IMG/VR virus record: IMGVR_UViG_3300037457_000050
Coordinates: 1 to 34,512 of that record
Direction: 5' to 3' (one strand)
Origin: a virus
Taxonomy: Duplodnaviria; Caudoviricetes
DNA length: 34,512 nucleotides
The translations under genes and the position numbers were made by a program. A model generated the notes under the pieces. That model ran no database searches. It was not told where the DNA came from and saw only the letters and a list, made by a program, of their open reading frames with translations. The first letter of the stretch is position 1, and each line of letters opens with the position of its first letter. This document shows positions 23,953-31,136 of this stretch, in pieces.

Positions 23953-24202
23953 GGCCGTCCACCTCCTCCACAGTCGGCATGTCTGGCGTCTCGACGTACT
24001 CGATCCGCACCACGAGCCGGCCGCCTACGGCGGCGATGGTGACCGCACCCGGCGGCACCTCCGCCTGCGGGTGGTCGGCGGCGATCTGCCGGTAGTCGGA
24101 CAGGGCCTGATGCAGCGCCGTGATCGCGTCTACGGCGTCGGCCACCGCGGGGCCGGTCACGGTCACCAGGTGCCGCTCTTGGCGCTCCCACAGCTCACCC
24201 AC
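23945..24202 (-). CDS. Hypothetical protein
   Basis: Coupled ORF. Confidence 0.65.
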   Translation of the reverse strand: MGELWERQERHLVTVTGPAVADAVDAITALHQALSDYRQIAADHPQAEVPPGAVTIAAVGGRLVVRIEYVETPDMPTVEEVDGRG

Positions 24203-24500
24203 GGCGGGCCTGCCTTTCCTGCCAGCGGTCTACCCGGGCGGTCCGGGTCTGCCGCCGGAGCATGACCTCACGGGCCAGCCACACCCCGACCGCGACCGGG
24301 GCCATCCCCAGCACCGTCTGCCAGTAGGGCAGCGCCAGCGCCGGCTCGTGCTGCCAGTCGGCCAGCACGCCGAGCAGCAGCATTCCCGGCCATGCCAGCA
24401 GCAGCCACGGCACGGCGGCGGACACCACCCGCCCGGCCGGGCCGACACCAGGTGTGGCGTCGGGGACCAGCAGCCGGGACAGCACGCTGCGGCCGGTCAC
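24195..24500 (-). CDS. Membrane protein
   Basis: Two hydrophobic segments; GTGA overlap. Confidence 0.65.
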   Translation of the reverse strand: MTGRSVLSRLLVPDATPGVGPAGRVVSAAVPWLLLAWPGMLLLGVLADWQHEPALALPYWQTVLGMAPVAVGVWLAREVMLRRQTRTARVDRWQERQARRG

Positions 24501-24847
24501 CGGGCCACCGCCGCGGCATCCGCCACCTCGGCATAGCGCTTCACGGCCGCGTCCAGTTCCTCCACCGGAACCCGGCCAGGCCGGTAGTCCTTGGCGTATC
24601 CGCGCGGCGCCTCGGTGATCGTGCCCTCGGCGTCCAGGTAGAAGTAGGAGAACTTCTCCGTCACCGTGCCGCCCCGAACAGAGGAACCAGCGTCGACCCG
24701 AATCGAGTAGGTCCCGTCACCCTTCTTCCGCACCGCCGGGTAGGTGGTCAGCCCGTTGATGCCGTACAACTGGAACGGCACCAGCCGGAACCGCTGCTCG
24801 ATCTCCGCGAACTGGATCACCCGCGCCGGCTTCGTCTTCGCTGCCAT
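24497..24847 (-). CDS. Hypothetical protein
   Basis: GAGGAG RBS before ATG 24847; strong GC3 codon bias. Confidence 0.75.
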   Translation of the reverse strand: MAAKTKPARVIQFAEIEQRFRLVPFQLYGINGLTTYPAVRKKGDGTYSIRVDAGSSVRGGTVTEKFSYFYLDAEGTITEAPRGYAKDYRPGRVPVEELDAAVKRYAEVADAAAVAR

Positions 24848-24848
24848 A

Positions 24849-25307
24849 TCAGCTCTCCTCGCTTCCGTCGTTGCTCTGGTTGGGCGGCCACCGCACCGGC
24901 CGGGCCGGGCCACGCGCCGCGATCGTGAACTCCACATCCCAGTCCTCACCGGTGATAGGGCTGGAGAAGTGGGTGGTGAGTACCTCGCAGTCCACGGGGA
25001 TCAGCAGCGGCACCGGCGAGTTGTGCCGGCCTGCGTCCACCGACACCCCGTCCAGGTCACCGGAGATCAGGTCAATACCGTCCGGGTACAGGTCATCGAT
25101 GCCGGCGGGGCAAAACTCACACGACAGGTCCACCCCGGCACCGTCCTCCGGGTGTTCCAGCTCCAGCCACCACACGTGGCCGCGGGCGTCAGCGCACGCC
25201 TTCACCTCGGCCTGCCGTTGCGCCTCACCGGCCCGGTAGGCCAGTTCCTCCGGGCTGTCCGGGCGCGGTTCGTCCTGAACCCACGTGATCGTCGGCCGGC
25301 CGGCCAT
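24849..25307 (-). CDS. Hypothetical acidic protein
   Basis: TGATG overlap; GGAG RBS. Confidence 0.7.
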   Translation of the reverse strand: MAGRPTITWVQDEPRPDSPEELAYRAGEAQRQAEVKACADARGHVWWLELEHPEDGAGVDLSCEFCPAGIDDLYPDGIDLISGDLDGVSVDAGRHNSPVPLLIPVDCEVLTTHFSSPITGEDWDVEFTIAARGPARPVRWPPNQSNDGSEES

Positions 25308-25864
25308 CAGTTCCACTCCCTGTTGTCCTGGTTGGGTGGGTGGAGGCTGTACCGCGCGTTCGCGGTCAGGTACACCCACCGGCTGCCCCGGCGGATCAGC
25401 ACCGCCACACGGGCCGGATTGGCGCCCTGGGGCACCAGCCAGCCATCCCGCTGCGCCTCAGCCCGGCGCGACTCCACCTCGCCATGGCAGACCGGGCAGA
25501 GAATGCCGAGGTTCGGCAGGCTGTTCGTGTCCGCCGCGCTGGACCCGCCTGCGCCGCGTGGCCGGCGGTGGTGCACATGCCAGTCGCGGCCACGCACCGG
25601 CCCCAGCCCGTTCGAGCACCGCTCACACGCCCAGCCGGCACGCTCCAGCACGGCCTCCACCGTCAGACGGTCGGGTCCGGTTGGGCTGGAGCGGCCCGGG
25701 AACACCGGGCGGACCGGCTTACCGGCCGCATCCGCCGCCTCCTGCTGGCGGCGGCCGACCTGAGCCAGCCCCACCCGCCGGGCCAGCGCTTTGCCGGCGG
25801 CCAGTGCCTTGCCGGGCTTGAGCCCGGTCCGGGACCGCAGCTGCTGCCTACGCGTCAACGTCAT
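25307..25864 (-). CDS. HNH endonuclease
   Basis: RAGWACERC..HHRRPRG.GG..NL..LC..CH. Confidence 0.85.
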   Translation of the reverse strand: MTLTRRQQLRSRTGLKPGKALAAGKALARRVGLAQVGRRQQEAADAAGKPVRPVFPGRSSPTGPDRLTVEAVLERAGWACERCSNGLGPVRGRDWHVHHRRPRGAGGSSAADTNSLPNLGILCPVCHGEVESRRAEAQRDGWLVPQGANPARVAVLIRRGSRWVYLTANARYSLHPPNQDNREWN

Positions 25865-26381
25865 CGCCGGCCACCTCCCCCTCGGCGTCGAAGTCGGGCG
25901 GCGGCAGGTGCAGCGACACGGCTACCAGGTCCAGCACCCGGCCGGCCGCCTCCGCTGCTGCTTCCCGGGCCGGCGTCTCCGGGGTGAAGGTCACCGAGCC
26001 CGGGTTGCCACCCGGGCGGACCTCCATGCCCGGGATCACCGTCCCGTCCCGATCGGTGACCACGTCGCCCTCGATGCGGGCGCCGTCCCGCAGCGCCTTG
26101 ACGAAGGCGGGACGGACCCGCAGCTCCACCTCATTCGGCCGGGTCAGGCTGACCCACTTCGCCAACGCCTCGTGGTCGGTCACCACTGGCGCGGTCTTCG
26201 ACACCGGCAGGAACACCAGCCCAACCTCGGGCGACCGCCACGACGGGGCGGTGCCCTGCTCGGTGAACTCCGCCGTGGCGTCGGCCTGCAACTGCCGGCG
26301 GAACGCCGCCGCCCGGGCGGTGGCCTGCTCTGCCACCCGCTCCCACAGCAGGATGTGCCGGATCACATCTGCCCGGTTCAT
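25848..26381 (-). CDS. Hypothetical protein next to the recombination ATPase
   Basis: ATGA overlap; VTDRDGTVIPGMEV motif. Confidence 0.75.
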   Translation of the reverse strand: MNRADVIRHILLWERVAEQATARAAAFRRQLQADATAEFTEQGTAPSWRSPEVGLVFLPVSKTAPVVTDHEALAKWVSLTRPNEVELRVRPAFVKALRDGARIEGDVVTDRDGTVIPGMEVRPGGNPGSVTFTPETPAREAAAEAAGRVLDLVAVSLHLPPPDFDAEGEVAGDDVDA

Positions 26382-27418
26382 GCCGGCACCGCCTCGGGTG
26401 CGGCCTTGCCGTTCTGGCCGTTCGACTGCCGGGACTCCAGCTCCGCCTTCGTTGCCAGGATCGCCCCGCGCACCTTGTCCGCCTCGGCTTCACTGATCTC
26501 GCCCTGCTCCACCGCCGCCGGCAGGTGCTGCTTCCACATGCGCTTCAGCGCGTCCAAGTCGGCCGTCTCGACGCCGACCATGAACGCCTTGAACCGCGGC
26601 GACTCGGGCGCATCGTCACCGGCCTGCATCGGCGCCAGCGCCCGCTCACCCCCGGTCCGCGGGTCCCACCCCAACACCTCGAAGACCAGCTTTTCGAGGC
26701 TGAACCCGGGCAGCGGTCGGGGCCGCGAGCCGGGCTTGACCCCGTTGCGCACCGAGCGGAGCTTGACCAGCGTCGGGTTGCCGTCGCGTGTCATCCGCAC
26801 CCACACCGGCACGTCGAACGGCATCGACTTCTGCCCCTCGACCCGGTAGTCCTTCTTCCCGACGACCGGCCGGCCGTTCTCGATCAGCGCCGTTTCCCGG
26901 CCGCGGGCCAGGATCACGACGATCCCGGGGAAGGTCAGCAGCGCGGTCATCAGCTTGCGCCACCGCTCGTTGGCGTCGTTCCAGTAGTTGGGGGTCACGT
27001 CGATCTCGGCGTTCGGGTCCGCCGCCAGCTTCTTCCGGTTGGCGGTGGAGCCCTTGGCCCGGTTGTGCGCCCAGTCGGACAGCAGCTCCCAGATCGCGCC
27101 CACCTGGTCGATCACCAACACCAACGGCTTGTCACCGGCAGCCTTCGCCCGGGCCGCCTCATCCTTGGCCTCGATGACCTGGCCGTAGATGTCATGCCAG
27201 GTGCCGTTGTGCTCGATGATCTCGTAGCGGACGCCGGGGATCTCCCCGTACTCGTCGGCGGTGTTCTCGGTGCCGACCTGCAACCACACGGTCCGGCCCA
27301 CTCTGTCCGACGCGGACAGCTCGGCTGCCGACCAGCTCTTGCCGGCGCCTTCGTCGCCTTCTAGCAGGATCACCGGTGGCGGGATCTTGCCGGTCGGCTT
27401 GCGCGTCTTGAGTGCCAT
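26378..27418 (-). CDS. AAA-family ATPase (AAA_24/Sak4-like recombination protein)
   Basis: Walker A GDEGAGKS; Walker B VLVIDQ; MALKTRKPTG N-terminus; GGAGG RBS. Confidence 0.85.
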   Translation of the reverse strand: MALKTRKPTGKIPPPVILLEGDEGAGKSWSAAELSASDRVGRTVWLQVGTENTADEYGEIPGVRYEIIEHNGTWHDIYGQVIEAKDEAARAKAAGDKPLVLVIDQVGAIWELLSDWAHNRAKGSTANRKKLAADPNAEIDVTPNYWNDANERWRKLMTALLTFPGIVVILARGRETALIENGRPVVGKKDYRVEGQKSMPFDVPVWVRMTRDGNPTLVKLRSVRNGVKPGSRPRPLPGFSLEKLVFEVLGWDPRTGGERALAPMQAGDDAPESPRFKAFMVGVETADLDALKRMWKQHLPAAVEQGEISEAEADKVRGAILATKAELESRQSNGQNGKAAPEAVPA

Positions 27419-27666
27419 CACACGTCCTCCAGTCGCTTCATCCGGGCCTCTTCGGCACACAGCGCCCGGTCCTCATCGGTCAGTTCGGAGGCCGGCCCCA
27501 GGTCCGGGTCCCGCACCGACCGGCCGTCCGGCCCGTACACCCACCCGGTCCGCTCGCACACGGTCCGCCCGTCCGGCTGCTGCCGGGCAGTGCCGCCGCA
27601 ACCCAGACCCGGGCACGGCACCCGCACCACCAGCTGCCCGGCGTACCGGTCGACCATGCCGCTCAT
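27418..27666 (-). CDS. Hypothetical protein
   Basis: ATGA overlap; CPGLGC. Confidence 0.65.
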   Translation of the reverse strand: MSGMVDRYAGQLVVRVPCPGLGCGGTARQQPDGRTVCERTGWVYGPDGRSVRDPDLGPASELTDEDRALCAEEARMKRLEDV

Positions 27667-28015
27667 CGCTGGCCCCCCGCGGCGGCTGCGTCGCGCTGCA
27701 GGTCCGCGATCTCAGCCTCCAGGCGCTGCCGCTCCGCGCGCAGCTTCTCGGTGCCGGTGTGGGCGAGCATCAGCGTCATCGGCAGCGCTACCGGCCAGGC
27801 CACCAGGCAGGCGACCGCCGCGCAGACGGCGCGGCGGAACGCGTCGGTCCACCCGTTCTCCATCGTGTACCGGTGGCCGTACTCGCCTCTGCGCTGGACG
27901 GTGCCGCGCCGGGGCTGGTGGCCGAGGGTGCGTACGAACGCGGCCCGGCCGATGATGGCACCGACGATCAGCCAGCCCCAGATGACCAGCAGGGCGCTCA
28001 TCGCTGGCCCCCCGC
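27660..28015. repeat. 21-bp direct repeat at two consecutive gene junctions
   Basis: CGCTCATCGCTGGCCCCCCGC at 27660-27680 and 27995-28015. Confidence 0.8.
27663..28001 (-). CDS. Membrane protein with C-terminal coiled coil
   Basis: Two hydrophobic segments; ATGA overlaps. Confidence 0.7.
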   Translation of the reverse strand: MSALLVIWGWLIVGAIIGRAAFVRTLGHQPRRGTVQRRGEYGHRYTMENGWTDAFRRAVCAAVACLVAWPVALPMTLMLAHTGTEKLRAERQRLEAEIADLQRDAAAAGGQR

Positions 28016-28378
28016 CGGCTCGGGCTGGACGTGCTGGGCGTTGCGGCGCAGAGCCCGCCGGTACGCGTCGGCCACCTCCGCCGGCACTACGGTCAGCAGC
28101 AGTTCGTCGGCCTGTAGCTCGGCCAGTTCGGGGTCTTCGGTGATCGCGTCCAGCTCGGCGACCACTCCGGCGACAGCCGCCGACGCGGCGGGCTGCCCTA
28201 CCAGCTGGGCCGCAAGCTCGGCGGTTAGTGCCGCGATCAGCTGGGCGACCTTGTCCCGGTCCAGCAGCACCACGGTGGTCTCACCGAACGCACTCTCGAT
28301 TGCGAGCACGGTGCAAGCCGGGTAGCGGCTGTCGCGGGTGACGTGGACCTGGGTGGTGCCGTGGCGGATGGTGGTCAT
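27998..28378 (-). CDS. Hypothetical protein
   Basis: AAGGAG RBS; TGATG overlap. Confidence 0.7.
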   Translation of the reverse strand: MTTIRHGTTQVHVTRDSRYPACTVLAIESAFGETTVVLLDRDKVAQLIAALTAELAAQLVGQPAASAAVAGVVAELDAITEDPELAELQADELLLTVVPAEVADAYRRALRRNAQHVQPEPAGGQR

Positions 28379-29217
28379 CAGCGTGCTCCTTCAAGCTCAG
28401 GCTGGATGGTCAGCGGCTGCGTTCCGCCTAGCCGGCGGTGCAGCTCATGCAGACCCTTGACGGTCACCCGCACCTGCGGCGGGTCGATGACCAGCTCGGC
28501 GGTACGGGGGTGGTAGTGGGATGCGGGCAGTTCCGACAGTCGACCGGTGTCTACGGCGGACTGGTACGGGCGCCACCGCTGGTCGGCCCGCTGCCGGTAC
28601 GCCCAGCCGTATTCGCCGAGCAGGGTGAACAGCCGCCCTTGGCCGAGCTTGATCGCTGGGTCGCGGGAGAGCACCTTCGCCGCGTCGGCGACCGAGTAGT
28701 CACCGGCGCCGGTGGCGAGCACATCCCAGGACCGGGCCTTCGGCGCGGCCACCTCAAGCGCGGCCCGCTGCCGCTCGATCTCCTCGGCCTGATCCGCGGC
28801 CAGCCGCAGCGCCTCGGCGTACGTGGCGGGCAGCGCGAACCGCTGTGCCGCAACCTCCGCCTCACGGGTACGTTGGGCGAAGTACGTCTGTGCGTGCGCA
28901 ATCTGCGGCTTGCGCGGATCGCCGTTCATCGCGATCAAGTAGCAGGCATACCGGCTGAGCCGGTAGTCGGTGCTGGGTCGACCCGGACCGCTGGATTCTT
29001 GCCGAAGCCGGCAAAAATGCTGCTGGGGCTCCTGTCCAGAGTTTTGGGCCGCAGCCACTGCCCGCTCGATCGCATCCTCGAACCGGCGCCACTGGTCATA
29101 GCCCAGCGGACCTTGGAGATCACGAGCCGACCACCACTCGCCTTGCTCGTCCTCACGCTTGATCGCGTCGAACGGGCTCGGCCCAACGGCTGGTACGGGC
29201 AGCGGAACCTGGGTCAC
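28378..29217 (-). CDS. Phage antirepressor (DinD/Bro-N-like N-terminus + ANT/KilA-C)
   Basis: SPFDAIK..EWWSARDL..LGY..W..F..DYRLSRYACYLIAMNGDPRK; LPATYAEALR; YSVADAAKVL..GQGRLF..QVRVTVKGL. Confidence 0.92.
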   Translation of the reverse strand: MTQVPLPVPAVGPSPFDAIKREDEQGEWWSARDLQGPLGYDQWRRFEDAIERAVAAAQNSGQEPQQHFCRLRQESSGPGRPSTDYRLSRYACYLIAMNGDPRKPQIAHAQTYFAQRTREAEVAAQRFALPATYAEALRLAADQAEEIERQRAALEVAAPKARSWDVLATGAGDYSVADAAKVLSRDPAIKLGQGRLFTLLGEYGWAYRQRADQRWRPYQSAVDTGRLSELPASHYHPRTAELVIDPPQVRVTVKGLHELHRRLGGTQPLTIQPELEGAR

Positions 29218-29411
29218 CGTGGAAACGCCTCCTCCGCGATCGTCATCTCGCGGTCCGGCTGGACCGCGGCGAACGGGTTGGCGAGTTGGCCGGCGACGCC
29301 AGTGCGGGCGGCCCGTCCGGCCTGTTTCCGCTGCGCCCGGAGTGTGGAGACCCGCTGAGCGTGGCGTGCCCTCCGCTGCTCCCGGTCCCGGTCCGCTCCG
29401 GTGCTGTTCAC
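29214..29411 (-). CDS. Small basic hypothetical protein, first gene of the antirepressor module
   Basis: GTG 29411 with GGAGG upstream; GTGA overlap with the antirepressor. Confidence 0.6.
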   Translation of the reverse strand: MNSTGADRDREQRRARHAQRVSTLRAQRKQAGRAARTGVAGQLANPFAAVQPDREMTIAEEAFPR

Positions 29412-29453
29412 TGGCCTCGCCTCCCGCTGTTGTACGTCTCCGTTCTGTACGTC

Positions 29454-29482
29454 AGCGTACACTACGCTACCGTACTGGGCAA
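29454..29482 (-). promoter_or_regulatory. Leftward promoter embedded in a GTAC-box array
   Basis: TTGCCC (29482-29477) N17 TACGCT (29459-29454); six GTAC between 29432 and 29504. Confidence 0.6.
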
Positions 29483-29513
29483 TGCGGGAACGTACGTCAT
29501 GTACCCTCAGCGC

Positions 29514-29738
29514 ATGGAGACTGACCGTCCGGCTGAGGTCGGTACAACCGATCTCCGTAAGGAACTCGCGGACGTGCTGAACAAAGCCGTCTACGGCGAG
29601 ATCACGCTGGTGACCTCGCGCGGCCGGCCAATCGCCGGCATCGTCCCCGCGCCCGATGCCGAACGCCTGTGGCGCGAGCGGCAGCGACAGCGGAGCAACG
29701 AGACGCGTCACGACGATCGCCCTCGCTCCTCGGCGTAG
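29514..29738 (+). CDS. Orphan Phd/YefM-family antitoxin-like protein
   Basis: EVGTTDLRKELADVLNKAVYGEITLVTSRGRPIAGIVP; TACCCT -10 (29502-29507) 6 nt before ATG (leaderless). Confidence 0.85.
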   Translation: METDRPAEVGTTDLRKELADVLNKAVYGEITLVTSRGRPIAGIVPAPDAERLWRERQRQRSNETRHDDRPRSSA

Positions 29739-29881
29739 AGCTGCGCGTACCGCTCCGGGTGCTCGCGGGCGAGCCTGGCCAGCGCGCGGTTCCGCGCGGC
29801 AGCGCGCCGTCGCTGCGCCTGACGCTGCGCCGTGCTGTAGCTCCGCTCGCGAAGCCCGGTCCGGGTGGTTGGGGTGCTCAC
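29708..29881 (-). CDS. Small basic protein (57 aa, below ORF-track cutoff)
   Basis: Translated by hand: MSTPTT..ARNRALARLAREHPERYAQLYAEERGRSS; GTGA overlap. Confidence 0.6.
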   Translation of the reverse strand: MSTPTTRTGLRERSYSTAQRQAQRRRAAARNRALARLAREHPERYAQLYAEERGRSS

Positions 29882-30330
29882 CGGCAACCACCCCCCGCAA
29901 GCCGGGCGGCTATCGCCTCAGCGTCCGGCAGTTCCACCGTCACCACACCGCCCGGCGGCGGGGCGGGCTCCGGCGTCTGCTCGGCTGCCGCGGTGGCCCC
30001 GGCGCGGCACAGCTCGCACCACCGGGAGTTCGGGTTGTCCAACGCCGCCGACCGCGGCCAGCCGATGCCCGGGCGTTCGACCCATTCGCGGGGCCACGCC
30101 ATTCCGTCGTGGCCGTAGAGGGTGCTGCGATCGTTCCCCTGCCGGTCGCGGGGGCCACCAGGCTTCCAGGTCCACACCCGGCCGAGCGCGTCGGTGATCG
30201 GCGGGTGCTCGGCGACCTCCATCTCGGCGATGACCATGCGCAGCGCCAACCACTCGGTGACCAGCGTCGAGACGGCCTGCTGAGCTTGCGCGATCGTCTG
30301 GCGGTCCGCTTCGGTCAGGCGGCTAGCCAC
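29878..30330 (-). CDS. Hypothetical protein
   Basis: GTGGCTAG overlap; GAGG RBS; WCELC. Confidence 0.7.
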   Translation of the reverse strand: MASRLTEADRQTIAQAQQAVSTLVTEWLALRMVIAEMEVAEHPPITDALGRVWTWKPGGPRDRQGNDRSTLYGHDGMAWPREWVERPGIGWPRSAALDNPNSRWCELCRAGATAAAEQTPEPAPPPGGVVTVELPDAEAIAARLAGGGCR

Positions 30331-30859
30331 GGCCCTCACCGATCCGGTACTCACCCAGCGACCCGACAACCGCCCGTGCCCGACCCTCGGCCAGGGCCAC
30401 CGGCCCACGCAGGAATCGGAAGTAGGCCGCGTCCAGGTCCACTGCGGCCACGATGTCCAGCACGTGCCCGGCGTGCTGCCTGCCATCGGCCGGGGTCCAC
30501 TGCGAGATCCGTCGGCCGTTGACCTCGACGAACAGCGCCGGCTCCCGCTTCGCGGCGGTTACCAGCGGCACGAACCGCAGCGGCGCCGTGGCCGCGTCGT
30601 CGACCGGCGCCCGGTCGGCGCGCAGGTCCGCCACACACCGGGCGGCCATCTCCTCACCGATGCCTAACGTGGTCAGTTGCTTGAGCACCGCTGCGTCGTA
30701 CTCGGCGTACCCGACCGCCGTGTACAGCGCCACCGCGTACGCCAGCGCCCGCTGCCGGTCCAGCACCACTGCCACGTCATCCGACGCCTGCACGGTGGTC
30801 ACGTAGGTGCCGTCTGGTGCCACGTCGGACACCACCCATATCGCCTCAGGCTCAGCCAC
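30323..30859 (-). CDS. Hypothetical phage protein
   Basis: GAGGAG RBS; coupled; globular composition. Confidence 0.8.
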   Translation of the reverse strand: MAEPEAIWVVSDVAPDGTYVTTVQASDDVAVVLDRQRALAYAVALYTAVGYAEYDAAVLKQLTTLGIGEEMAARCVADLRADRAPVDDAATAPLRFVPLVTAAKREPALFVEVNGRRISQWTPADGRQHAGHVLDIVAAVDLDAAYFRFLRGPVALAEGRARAVVGSLGEYRIGEGRG

Positions 30860-31136
30860 GGTCGTCTCCTCCTCTGCGGATGGTCGGCCACCAGCCGGCC
30901 GGGCTGGTCAGCACTGACCGGAGCCGGTCAGCCGGCGGGCGGCAGGCACCGGTGTGCGGCCGGCGGCGGCGGCCCCGGTAGCGGGGCAGCTCCACCGTGT
31001 CCGGGGTGAACAGCGGGTCGCCCTGGTCGTCCTGGTCGGCCCGGTGCTGCCGGGAGTCGGCCCACGCCCAGGCGCCGACGGCGAACAGGCCCGCGGTGAG
31101 CACACACACGGCGGACAGGACCACCCACAGCATCAC
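30852..31136 (-). CDS. Single-TM membrane protein
   Basis: N-terminal hydrophobic helix; GTGA overlap. Confidence 0.65.
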   Translation of the reverse strand: MMLWVVLSAVCVLTAGLFAVGAWAWADSRQHRADQDDQGDPLFTPDTVELPRYRGRRRRPHTGACRPPADRLRSVLTSPAGWWPTIRRGGDDRG

